This document shows positions 10,841-22,544 of a stretch of DNA of 64,000 nt, one piece after another. Source of the DNA: Squalus acanthias (taxonomy: Eukaryota). The translations under genes and the position numbers were made by a program. Location: positions 170,440,001 to 170,504,000 of the forward strand of contig CM059425.1 in NCBI GenBank assembly GCA_030390025.1, read 5' to 3'. Numbering within the stretch: position 1 is the first letter of the stretch; each line of letters starts with the position of its first letter. The notes beneath the pieces are model-generated. The model saw nothing but the letters and a program-made list of their open reading frames with translations. It made no database searches and had not been told where the DNA came from.

Positions 10841-11111
10841 GATCTAGGCAGCCACGTCAGTGCAGTACTGAGGGACTGCTGCATTGTTGGAACTCCAGTC
10901 TTTCAGATGAGACGTTAAACCAAGGTCCCGTCAGCCTGTCCAGGTGAATGTAAAAGATGTTGGTACTCTTCAAAGAACAGGAAGCTCCCCTGGTGTCCTG
11001 GCCAACATTTATCCCTCAACCAAAACTATCAAAACAGGTTAACTGGCCATTCATCTCATTTGTATGACCTTTTTGTGTGGAAAGATGGGTTTGCCTATAA
11101 AACATCGATTG

Positions 11112-11580
11112 CAGTGTCAGCTGTGGCTCAGCGGGTAGCACACTTGCCTCTGAGTCAGAAGGTTGTGGGTTCTAAGTCCCACTCCAGGGACTTGAACACA
11201 TAAAGCTAGGCTGACACTCCAGTGCAGTGCTGAGGGACCGCTGCACCGTCTGAGGTGCCGTCTTTCGGATGAGATGTTAATCCGAGGTCCCATCTGCTCT
11301 CTCAGGTGGACATAAAAGATCCCATGGCACTATTTTGAAGAAGAGCAGGGGAGTTATCCCCGGTGTCCTGGCCAATATTTATCCCTCAATCAACATAACA
11401 AAAAACAGATTATCTGGTCATTATAACATTATGGTTTATAGGAGCTTGCTATGTGCAAATTGGCTGCCACGTTTCCTACATTACAACAGTGACTACATTC
11501 CAAAAGTACTTCATTGGCTGTCAAGCACTTTGAGACGTCCGGTGGTTGTGAAAGGTGCTATATAAATGTAAGTCTTTCTT
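11112..11580 (+). mobile_element. tRNA-derived Deu-domain SINE (SacSINE1-like), full length
   Basis: A-box-like tggctcagcggg and B-box-like ggttctaagtcc, Deu core, tail aggtgctatataaatgtaagtctttct. Confidence 0.8.
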
Positions 11581-11789
11581 TCAAAAGTAATTCATTGATT
11601 GTAAAGCACTTTGGGAAATCCATGGAACATGATAAGATGCTATATAAATGTAAGTTATTCCTTTTTATAGATGCAAACTGTTGTTGCTCCAGGATCCTGA
11701 GCATCCATTTCAGAGATGGGAGCTATATCCAAATCATTGGCCTCTAAAATCAGTCCCAAAGACTGCTTTATTAGCCAATTAAGCTTTAG

Positions 11790-12511
11790 GGGGGGGAAAT
11801 TGAGTTACACCCCCCTTTGGGGTGTTAACTTTGCCGGGGCGCTACTTTTAGCGCCCCAAAAAGATTAGCGCCACCCCCCCACGGCTGAAATTCACCGGTA
11901 GCGCCCCAAGAGGGAAGCGGGGTGCTACTGGAAGTGCCCCGCCTCCCTCTTGGGGCGCTGCGAATGAATATCGCGGCGCTACGTGCCGCAGTACTGCAGG
12001 CCTTCCTCCCCTTCTTAAAGGGGAGGGGCCTTGCGCAGCACAACCCAGGGCCCAGCTAGGCCACCAGGGATTGGAGTGCCAGCAAAAGAGCCCGGCACTT
12101 AAGAGAAGTGCTGGGCTCACAGAGCGTAGCCAGCACTCCGCGGGTGGGCTGCAGAGGAGGCCGGGGATGGCAGAGGGGGCAGGTGCTGGCAGGCAGCCAG
12201 CAACAAAAATGGCCACCCGGCACCTTCCCTTTAATTAGCGCCGACCCGGCCACAGGTAGGCCCCCCTGACCCCGTTGGACATAGCGTCCGGCGGTAAGTC
12301 AGGGGACGCTACCGAAGATCGCGGCCGGGGTGCTGCGCATGGCGATGACGTCATCGCTGGAGGTGCAGCGCCGCGGGGCGCTAGCGGCTACTGCCGCTGC
12401 TACCCTCCCGCTGAATTTCGCGGGAGGCGTTGGCGGCACCGTGCCCGGGCGCTAGTTGCTTTGCGCCCCGTTAGCGCCCTAAGAGGCACAAAGCAACTGA
12501 ATTTTTAGGCC
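11790..12511. mobile_element. Non-autonomous Harbinger-family element (MITE)
   Basis: G-run+GAAATT left end, AATTTTTAGGCC right end, probable TAG TSD, many (T)AGCGCC subterminal motifs as in H1. Confidence 0.8.
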
Positions 12512-14130
12512 TAGAACTCTAAAGACTGACATGGTCACATCATACACAGTAGATGTCATCAGATCCATGTCTAACATCAAACTCCAGCAGCACCAAAATG
12601 CTTTGGTAAATTGTAACTTACACTGAACAAATACCATTACCCCTTGACCGTGCCTTGGCCTCAGAAGGTAGAGAGGCCACCTGTTCTGAAACCTCTGTTA
12701 GCATAATTCTCAAGCCTGGATCAAAGACAGGCCCATGGAACCAGCCCCATGGGAGAAAATCTCCAAAGCATCCATTAATTTATGTAACTGGCTGTCTTTC
12801 AGCCTATGACATTATAATTTGCAATAAAGGGTAGTTTCAAAGTGAAACAATAGCTCAACTAATAGAAAGTAAAGCAGGAGCTAAATGATAAAGTAATTCC
12901 CTTCCAAACCAGACTAGCAGATAGAATTTCCAGGATATAAAATCACAAGATTGCAAGATAAATATAGCATTTTTAGTAGCATTAGAATAGCAGAAGTAAA
13001 CATCTTCAAAGCATTTTCCATTAAGGAGGTAAAGCAGTGGCCATTGAGCAGGAGGGAAAAGGGTAAGTGGGAGGATTAGTTCAGGGAGCTGAAAGCAGTG
13101 TAAGAGAAGGGTGTGAAGAGCCCACATTTCTGCAGTGTTTCCTCATAATTAAATCCTTTTACACTAGGGATCAGACTTGTGGTTTTTCTCATTTCTACAT
13201 TCATGGTTTGAATGTTTTGTTTGTGTTGCAGAGACCAAAAGTAGACAGTGCTCAAGCTGACATTTGGCATCCTCCAACTCTACTCTATGGATCTAACAAT
13301 ATAATGCAGCATTCTAATTGCTTTCCTAATTGCTGCTCCCATGACTGGACATATTTTCCTATAGTCTACACCCCCATGAGAAAATAAACTCAATGGCGAG
13401 GGGGAAGGGAGTCAGAACAGGGATCACATTCACCGCATCTTCAGCTATAATGTGCAGACCAACATCTTCTGGTCAAGAGAGCTATGGGTGCATGAAGCTT
13501 TTGCCAAAAACAGGCAAGAATTTCATTTAAATGTTAGAATGATATTAAAATGTATTTAAATGAATGCACATACAATTTCCTGTGACTCAAGCTAGGAATG
13601 TGACATGGATTCAGCCCTCTTATATACACACAACAGGTGTTCTAGGTTGCTTATGACAGGAAGCAGCTATTAAAGGGAAGTTGCAATTTTATAGGCTCCA
13701 AGAAATGGACTAATAAGAAAAATATTGTTGGGGTATTTATTTTGACTCCAATTTATTTTCATATGGTTTGTGCCAAGACTTGATGCTGCTATTTTCACCT
13801 GGTATAACAACATTTGTATCATGGGTGCTCCTATGGGTATACCTTTATATTTATGTTATTTGGAGGAAAACAAAGAGGAGCAAAGGAGGAACACCAGGCA
13901 GGTGAGGCTTGCAGCAGAAGCAGACAGCTCATAAGCATAACTATGAGCACCCAATAGACAACTAACAATGCAGGAAGGAGATGTAAATGAGCGAGAGGAG
14001 CTAGAAAATGTGGCTGCTGAAGCACATTTGGAGGTGGCTAAAGCCATATGCTGGGCTCTCACTTGACATGACCATTTCCTAGGCCCCAAACAAATTTTAA
14101 TAAGGTAAAATTGATAATTCTGTATCGATA

Positions 14131-14690
14131 GGGGGAGAAATTGGTTTCACAGCAGTTCCTGGCGCGCCCATGGATATAGACCCAAGACTCGCTCAAAATT
14201 GGTCCTCAAGCCTCATTTCCAGAATACCCGTGAGCTGCGAACACCTATCAGGCATCTCAATGCAGCTTGCAGGTCGGGCCTTCCCAAAACTGCACAACTC
14301 AGATGCTAAACCAGCCCACAGGTAAGTCCTGGGAGGGGGAGGAGAGGCGAACAGGGGGTACAGATTAAGGCGAGTGAAGAAACAAAAGTTTACCTGTTCT
14401 TTGGTAGCCTCCTGTGGTCTCTTTACAGACTGCTGGTTAGGCCACAGTAAACCCGAAAAAACTAAACAAACCAAATTTGGCATCTGGGTCCTAAAACAGC
14501 TGTTAGGCTGTTGATTAGTATATTCGAGGATTCTAATGCCCGTCTTAGGCAGGTATCGCAGGCACTTGGGAATTTGTCGCCTGCTAAGCTTTGAGGGGTC
14601 AGGTACGGGAGAATATACCCAGAAATTGGTCCCACTAATGTGAATTTTGCACCCAAAAATCAGGCACGACAGGAACTAATTTCTACCCCC
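14131..14690. mobile_element. Non-autonomous Harbinger-family MITE
   Basis: GGGGGAGAAATT ... AATTTCTACCCCC termini. Confidence 0.7.
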
Positions 14691-16918
14691 TAGTGTTTAG
14701 CACCTTTGGTGAAATGTCTGAGATTTGTGCTCTAGACCTTAACCTACTATTTCTTCTACGTGCTCCCCTCAGAGAGGTGACGAAAGGATCCTCAACCTAG
14801 ATTACGGGATGGTCCAGGTGCCGGCTTAGCCATGTCCATACCCAAGAGGTCTAACCCTGAGAGGAAGCCACCTCATAGGACCCTTCATGTGTCATGTCCC
14901 CAAACTCAGATAGATGGCCAGCAGGCTTCAAAATCACAGTCTGTAGGGTATTTCAAAGGTGGATAAATCCATTGTAACTGCTCTTCTTAAACAATCACAC
15001 AGCCTGTCAAATTTGGCAGCAACAGACTCCTGCAAGTATGTATCCAATGTTGCCACGCACAGCATTCACAAGAGAAAGTTGTTCTGTGCCCGTTTCCTCA
15101 CTGCTTTGGGACTTCGCTGCAGAAAGCTGTGAACATGCCCCTTACTCCATGCTGCTCCGCATTAGAGTAAATCACTCCTACATGACTACAGTAATGTCAA
15201 AAGTAAGTTGTGCACATTCTCCACCAGCTGTTGCTAATGTCAGACAAAGGATGTTGCAAAAGTCTTTTTCTTGTTTATTAATTCCATCTGAAAGCAGGCC
15301 CAGTAGGACACCCAGTTCTTGATATACAGTGGCTTGCAACATGGCCATGATGGCCACAATATTTATATAAGAGCCCTAATCCCAGTCCAACAAAATTGGT
15401 GCTGTGCCCACCTAGCAGTGGGGAGGGCTGGCCTCACTGAATTTGGGGAGGCAAGCCCCCTTCAATTGAATAGACTTTCTGTTAATGGGAAACATGTGCA
15501 GCGAGTCCTTTCATGCCTCCTCCACTAGCCCGTCTCTCTTGTGACGTGATTAATCAGATGCCCCTTCCTCAAACTCACTAACTACATGTTACAAGGTGTT
15601 AGTAACTGTGCCCATGCTTGGAGTAAGTGGAGTGTTTAGTGCATTGACTCAGGCTATGAAGTGCCTGAGTCAGTGGCACCACTTCTTCTGCTCTACTCAT
15701 CTTAGGAAGAATCTAAAGGAAGAGAAAAGGAGCAACATTTACAACACATTTTCTAGACAATGGCTTCCAAGACAGGTAAAATCATAAAACATTTAAGTGC
15801 ATCATGCAGCTGTTTAGCAAAAGTAGCCCCTGTTGTGAGGATTTAGAAACTGAGTTAACAGATGAAGGATCATAATAAATGGAGGCTACATTCACACCTC
15901 CAAATTTGCCCTCACCAAAGCCTTCTACTGACTCACAGCCAAAGATGACAAGGGCCATTCCTCAAGCACAGACAGCTGCCTCATCACGGCTGTCCTGCTG
16001 CCTGTTCTGGTTCTCTTCCAATGGTTGTAAGCAGCCTTGACCTGTAAGCGGAGCACATTTATCAAGATGTCAGCAAGCGCCTGAGCACCCTGAGCTACAG
16101 CCCTGTGTTCTGACAACCTCCCACCCTGTGCCAGGCCTTCTGACATTAGCATGCACGGTGCTTTTCCTGCCAGTATTCTTTTGCAGGTGACCTCTGAAGT
16201 CCTATTTGTGTGCCTTTTGTCAAATGTGCCATGCAATTCTGAGGAATGAAAGAATGTGGCATAAAGGGATCAATGTTCTCTGCATGCTTTGCTGCTTATC
16301 TCCCAGAGGATGCAGCAGATAGAACATTTACACTGAGTCCATGCCCTATGTGAGGGAAGAATACAAGACACCTACCTTGGCAACTTACCTGATGCCACTG
16401 AATTTTTTTCCTCATCTACAGCTGGCCTGGGAGACTATGGCCTAGAAATTCAGGGGTTTAGCACCGGCTGTTAAGACCCGTTTTGAAGAAAAAATGGCGG
16501 CCGACTCACTTCTGCCCATTTCCGGTGGGTCCTGTGGCGGCTGTCATTTTTGGGCAGGGTGGCAGCGCTGCCGTTGCCAGCGCTCACTATAGAAATGGAA
16601 ATGAGGCAGATCATGACACTGCTTTGCCGCATGATCTGCCATTTTCAAAGTCGCTGCTCCATTTACCGCCCTCTCAATCACGACCAGCTGACCAAGTGTT
16701 CAGCAGCAGGAAGGAGCCCCCAGCAGTGCTATTTAAAGGGACCATCCTCAACAACTTGACATGGTTTCTCAGTTTTACTGGCTCTGTCTAAGTTTCTGCA
16801 ACTCTTGCAGCTTTCTAAACTTGTTTAAAGTTCATGAGGTCACAGGGAGTGTTGGTGCAAGTGAAGAATGCCTTGCTTCTCATTTAAAGGCTTTTGCTCA
16901 CACCACTTGCTCACAGTC

Positions 16919-18042
16919 ATGGGGGCTGTACTTGCAGTCCCCCTCACGCTCGAGTATCTTCAGAAAGGGAGTGGAGGCAGCAAAGAAGAGGAGAAGATAC
17001 TCGCAGAGGAAGGAGGAGGGGGAAGGAGGGCTCTCAGCAGGAGGCCTTACTCACCTAGGGACTTCAGAGAACACATCTCCAACCTGCACTTAAGCCAGGA
17101 GCAGTGTATTCGGAGGCTCCACTTCACCAAGGAGGTGGTCACAGAACTCTGCCAATTCCCGCAACCAGACCTGCAGCCTCAGAGCAGGGCGACCACAGCT
17201 CCCCCAGTGGCCCTCAAGGTTACCGCGGCCCCCAATTTCTTCGCCAGCGGATCCTTCCAGTCTGCAGCAGGAGACATAGCTAACATCTCCCAGTTCACCA
17301 TCCATCGCTGCATCCGGGAGGTCACAGAGGCTCTCTACTCGAGGAGAAGGGACTTCATTGTCTTCTCTCTGAACAGAAAGAAGCAGGACGAGCGCTCATG
17401 TGGCTTTGCCAGGATAGCGGGCTTCACCATGGTGCAGGGCGCCATTGACTGCACACATGTGGCTTTGCGGGCACCGTGTAACAATGCTGAGATGTTCCAT
17501 AACCGCAAAGCCTACCACTCACTTAATGTGCAGTTGTTGTGCGACCATGCCCAGCACATCATGATGGTGAATGCCTGCTATCCTGGCAGCAGTCATGATG
17601 CCTTCATCCTGCGCCAGTCCAGTGTGCCAGCAATCTTCCAGCCACCACAACAAACCCAAGGATGGCTGCTCAGAGACAAGGGCTATCCGCTCTGCACCTG
17701 GCTGATGACTCCTCTCCGCAACCCCACCACTTGTGGCCAGCACTCAAATGACAGCCATGCTACCTCCAGGAGCCTCATCGAGCAAACCATCAGAGTGCTC
17801 AAGCAACGGTTCCGCGCCTTGACTGCTCAATACTCACTAGAGCAGATATCCCATTTTGTGGTGATCTGATGCATGTTCCATAATTTGGCCATCATGAAGG
17901 TGCAGCCCTTACCACCAGGAGGAGGAAAAGAAGGAGAATCAAGAGGAAGAGGAAGAGGACAAGGGAGGGAGGGAGGGAGGCAGCAAATCCCCATTCCGGA
18001 TGGGCTGTCCGTGAACACCTCATCAGGTTCTTGTTCCAGTGA
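16919..18042 (+). pseudogene. Harbinger transposase pseudogene
   Basis: GAIDCTHV / YPGSSHDAFIL / LLRDKGY motifs; deletion after KQRFR and premature TGA at 17867-17869. Confidence 0.9.
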
Positions 18043-18234
18043 ATGAAACCCCAGATCCCCATTGCTCGCCACTTCCCCATCATTCCATCCCTCTGTCACG
18101 GAACATCACAGCGTCATCCTGGGCACAAAGCTGAAATGAGAGTCACCACAAAACACACATTCCAAACAAAATTCATAAATTTATCCAAATGCAATCAAAA
18201 TGACAATATCAACTATATTCACCCATGTGCATTC

Positions 18235-20019
18235 CCTTAGTGTCTGTCATTTGTGTTCCTTTTCATACTCTATTGCTCCTACGCAGTGCTCCCCCAGTGG
18301 CTGCAGCATGGCTGGTGGAAGGCTGCTGACTTTCAGTGGGGGAGACTACAGATGGCCTTGCACGACAACCTCGACCAGCTCTGGACCTACAAAGCCCAGC
18401 TGTAGACTGCACCACCTTGACATGGGCGGCAGCAGTCTGGGCTGGCTGATAGGCAGCGGCAAGGGCAATGGCAGAGTAGCAGTGGTGGGAGTAGGAATAC
18501 TGTCATCCCGAGAGAGGACAGCAGGTTCTTGCTCCACAGACCCACTGCCCCTCCCCCGGGGCGGCGCCTCAGCATTCCTAGCAATTTGTTGGAGGACAGA
18601 TTGCTGGCCTGCTGCAGCACCCTACAAGCCCCTGTTGACACACATAAACCCAGCAACGATGGCAGCAGTCTGAGTATCCACTGCAGTAGAGAGACGTTGG
18701 GTCGCTTCCGCCTGTGCTGCAATGGAAGCTGAATAATCGCCCATCACACCAGCATCATCTGTGGGTCCCCAAGGTCTCTCCTGGAGTTGTCCATCATTTC
18801 CATCCTGGAAATCATGAGCTCCAAGCTCTGCGCAAAGCCCTGTCCAATGTTGGAGCCGGACTCCTCCACGCACCTTGACATTGACAAGAGGCTCTCTGGC
18901 AGGCTTGCCATTGCACCGAGCATTTTTGTGTGCATGCCCATCACCCTTCTTCTGAAGGCCGCCCCATCGAGGTCATCATCTGAGTCCTGTGGAGCAGAAC
19001 TCATGTTCCGGGGAGCTGGCACCCTGGCCTGGCTGCAGCCCACTCATGCCTGGTGACTCACCATGTGCAGATCCCGCCTCTATACTACCCTCTAAAGTCC
19101 GTGCAGTGCCATTTTCTGAGCTGGTGTCTGCGAGTGTCAAATGCAGTGCCGATGTCTCCTTTTCTTCTTCGTCTCCTTCAGTTTGCTCAACATGAGGAAG
19201 TTCTTCGGTATCTGAAAGCAGAAAGGCACAAGATTCGGGTTGTAGTGAGGGAAGGGGGGGAAGCAAGATATCCATGCATACACCATCAGCAGCTTGTAAG
19301 TGAGAAGAGATTGTAGGATGAGGGTGAAGTGGGATGTGAGAAGAAGGATTAGGTATGACCATACGGTCAGCATCAGCAACGGCTTCAACTTCTCCGCTGG
19401 CCACGGACTCCGTCACTGCCCCTCCAATAATTTCAAGCACCGATTCTTCCAGGTCTGTCAGGTTCTCTATTGTGGCTTGGCCGCCTCCCATCTGTTGTTG
19501 CTCCTTCCTGTTATGTGCCACCTTGGCCTGCAAGAGAATGGAAACGGTCAGTGAGTGTGCCTGCCATAGTTGAATAGTTGTCAGTGTGTGCAAGGTGTGA
19601 GATGTGGGTGTGAGTATTGCAGCAGTGGTAAATGTGTGAGGGTGAAGTAAAGCTATGATTTTGAGATATGAGTGGTGATAGCTAGAGATTGTTGGTAGGT
19701 GATTGATGGGGGTGTGGTGCATTGAGCAGTGCGTGAGGCTTGTGGTGCAGATGGTGGGATATGGCTTTTGCTGAAGCCTTCACTCACCTTGACCAGCTGT
19801 GTGTGGTCATTAAAGCTTTTTCGGCACTGGATCCAGGTCCTTGGGACAAAACTGGTGGCCGTGACAATCTCTTCCCACAACCTTCTGCAAATGACCTTGG
19901 ATGGCCTCTTGCCTCCCTGTGGGTAAAGGGAAGCCCACCTTCGTTGGATCCCCAGGACCAAGGCCTCCAGTGTAGCATCTGAAAATCTTCTAGCTTGTTC
20001 TCTAAGGTTGCTGTGCCAT
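18235..20019 (-). pseudogene. Harbinger Myb/SANT-like gene, frameshifted
   Basis: RRFSDATLEALV..RRLWEEIV..PRTWIQCRKSFND; exon 2 QAKVAHNRKEQQQMGGG; fragmented exon 3. Confidence 0.85.
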
Positions 20020-22544
20020 GGCTTGCTCCAGAGTGAGAATGAGGTGCTTCTGCAACAAAGCACCTCCCCTTTAAGTAGTGCAGAGAACCTAGGCCAAACT
20101 TTATTGGCCAGTAGACTGCACCTGATATTGGCCTCTCCGTTGAGCGCTAAGTAAATCAGCAACCCATTTAGCGTGGAGATCAGTGCGCCAATCATATTAA
20201 TGAGCAGGCAGCATGAATTTTGTGTGCTGCCTGCACCACTTAGGAGAGACGCAGGCAAATAGCGCTGGCCCATGACACCACCCATTTTTGGGCCTTATCC
20301 AATTTCTAGGCCTATATTCACTTACTCAGTGACCTCCACCCATGCAGCCTGCACCTGGGATTTTGCAGGTAAATGGATTTCAGCACTAAACAGAGCCATT
20401 CTCCTTCACTGCACTTCCTGCAGCAACATTACCAAGGAATCATAACTGAAGGCATGAGTCTTTAGCATTACCCTTATCATGTACATGATGCTTCCAAATC
20501 AACAGAACAAGTTCAAGTAATTCTCCTTTAAAGGTGAGCAGCAGCCCTTAAAAGCTGCGAGCCTGCCCAACTTTGCAATTTACAGCTAACCAGCTTCCAA
20601 ACCGGATTCCCTTAGCATGTTTGTCCATTCACAAAGAGTCTATTCAAATGAACACACTCCCAACATCCATCCATTTGATTTCCTTAAATTAATTATTTTC
20701 AGGACAAAGAAAATAGTCTGTACTAAGTCGTATCTACTTGCTTTGCAATCAAAAATGTATTTGTATGAGCAGACTGTTCTTTCTCTTCGAACCAATTCCA
20801 TTACAATAGCAATTTCCTGGTGATACTTGTATTTTCTAGCTACATTAGCTGATGCAGTAAACAAATGACCAGCAGCATCCCATGAATAAATATAGATAGC
20901 AAAAATATAGGAGTCTTTCATTTGATTTTAGATATGACAGATCTCCCTCTCTTTCACAAAGGTTTTCATGGAAGTGATGATTTTGATGAGGGATGAATGG
21001 GCAGAAGGGGAGAAACTGCAATGTTAGGCTTAGTTGGAAGGAGGGCAAGGAGACACGATTGTGAGTCCTGAAGGATAGGCAAGAGAAGGGGTTGCAGGAG
21101 GCAGAAACAGCTGTGCAAATTGGACACATAGATTTCTTATAAATAAAAATATATTTGGAGTGGCAGAACTTCTATCATGGAGCCTCGCTCCGTGGATAGT
21201 CAGGCCAGTCTCAATATACAGAATGCAGAGAAATCTATCCCCATGCCTATGGAATTCTTCTGACTACTTATTTTTCATACTCCTTGAATAATTTATTTTC
21301 CCTTTAATTTTAAGAAAATGCTCAATATCTCTAACAATCTATTCATTTATTAAGAAAACTTTTGTGGTGTTTCCAGGGTGTATCAGCTGGGTGGTGTGCT
21401 GCTCCCATGCTTGGGAAACTGTTTGCCAGCATGGGGTTAATCTGCTCCCAAGGGAAGTCTCTTTGAACAGCCCAGGGACTTGTTCCTTATACATTCCTCA
21501 ATGCTGAAAAATGTAAACCGACATCCTGTGCTCCTGTCACAAACAACAGGCTCAGAGAACAGTAAAAACATGAAACACAAAGATAAGCAGCCACAAACAT
21601 CCAGCAGGTTCACTAGTAGAGCCACTTAGAAGCTGTGTCTGTTGGTTCATGAGAGTCTAAAAATAAGACTTAACAACCTGAGGTGCTTGGCAGGAGGGTA
21701 AAGTCTAAAACCTCCAGTACAGTACAGCTCGGTCTACAAGGCTTTAGACAAGGGTCAGAAACATCTTAGATTCCACAGCACCACATCCTGGTGAATATAA
21801 TGAGACCCCTCAGTCAGTTTAGGGCATCAACACTGCTTCTGTTGGCCAACAGGTGGACATGAGCACAGTAATGATAAATATTGGATCCAGCTATCAATAA
21901 CCAACAGACATTGAAAGCAAAAAGAGATAAATCTATAATAAGATTCATATACAAGAATGCTAGAACCATTCCTAGCACTACCTTTGTTCTTCTGAGATTA
22001 AACATATCCAGCTAAAGTAATTTATTAGGCATTTTTTCACATACCATAAATCTACATCCTTAACCTCTCAGTTGCCTCTGATGTAAAGAACTACTCCACT
22101 TATTTTTCCCCAAACAGGAACATTCTGATATATCCAATTTTACTTGTAAATTAAGTGCAGTTTAATTTTTTGGTTGAATGTTTGACCTCAAGGTGAAGGA
22201 TGGCAATAGTGGGAAATGGAATACTATTGACATTTTTCTTACCCAGTGTCCACATAAAGCACATTCAGGTCAGATATAGAAAGCCAGATGCTGAAATCAA
22301 CTCCTACTTGCCCTAACCATATGTATTAATTCTAACCTCTGAAGCCGATCCATTCTTCCACCATTGTGATTAAGATATGCTTATGCCCTCTCCACGTGAG
22401 ATTACCTATTTAGTTTTGAAGGTAGTTTTATGCTTTGGGCCCATGCCCACCAGGTGCTAGATTATAGCTACCCAAACTCAATTCAGGTAGGATGCACCCA
22501 ACACAGAGAAAGGAGGCTGTCATCCTATTAATAATACAGGTACA

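Larger units (their letters stand above)
10445..11665 (+). mobile_element. Older Deu-domain SINE (SacSINE1/AmnSINE1-like), interrupted by a minisatellite and a younger SINE
   Basis: agtgcagtactgaggga...tctttcagatgagacgttaaac...gtgtcctggccaac Deu-like core; its tail resumes at ~11581. Confidence 0.65.
16439..20312 (+). mobile_element. Full-length Harbinger transposon (copy H2), decayed
   Basis: Perfect 12-bp TIR GGCCTAGAAATT, TAT TSD, transposase plus convergent Myb gene. Confidence 0.95.
15930..20470 (-). pseudogene. Ancient Harbinger Myb-like gene remnant, split in exon 1 by insertion of element H2
   Basis: 20465-20313 reads MLKTHAFSYDSLVMLLQEVQ*RRMALF..AAWVEVTE*VNI and resumes at 16435 as VSQASCR*GKKFSGIR; exon-2-like QVKAAYNHWKRTRTGSR..LSVLEE lies at ~15950-16045. 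Confidence 0.7.

Noticed and set aside
13831..14025. Signal-peptide-like minus ORF (MLMSCLLLLQASPAWC)
   Set aside because: Weak donor and no further exons; it may be the antisense of a decayed Harbinger transposase 5' region
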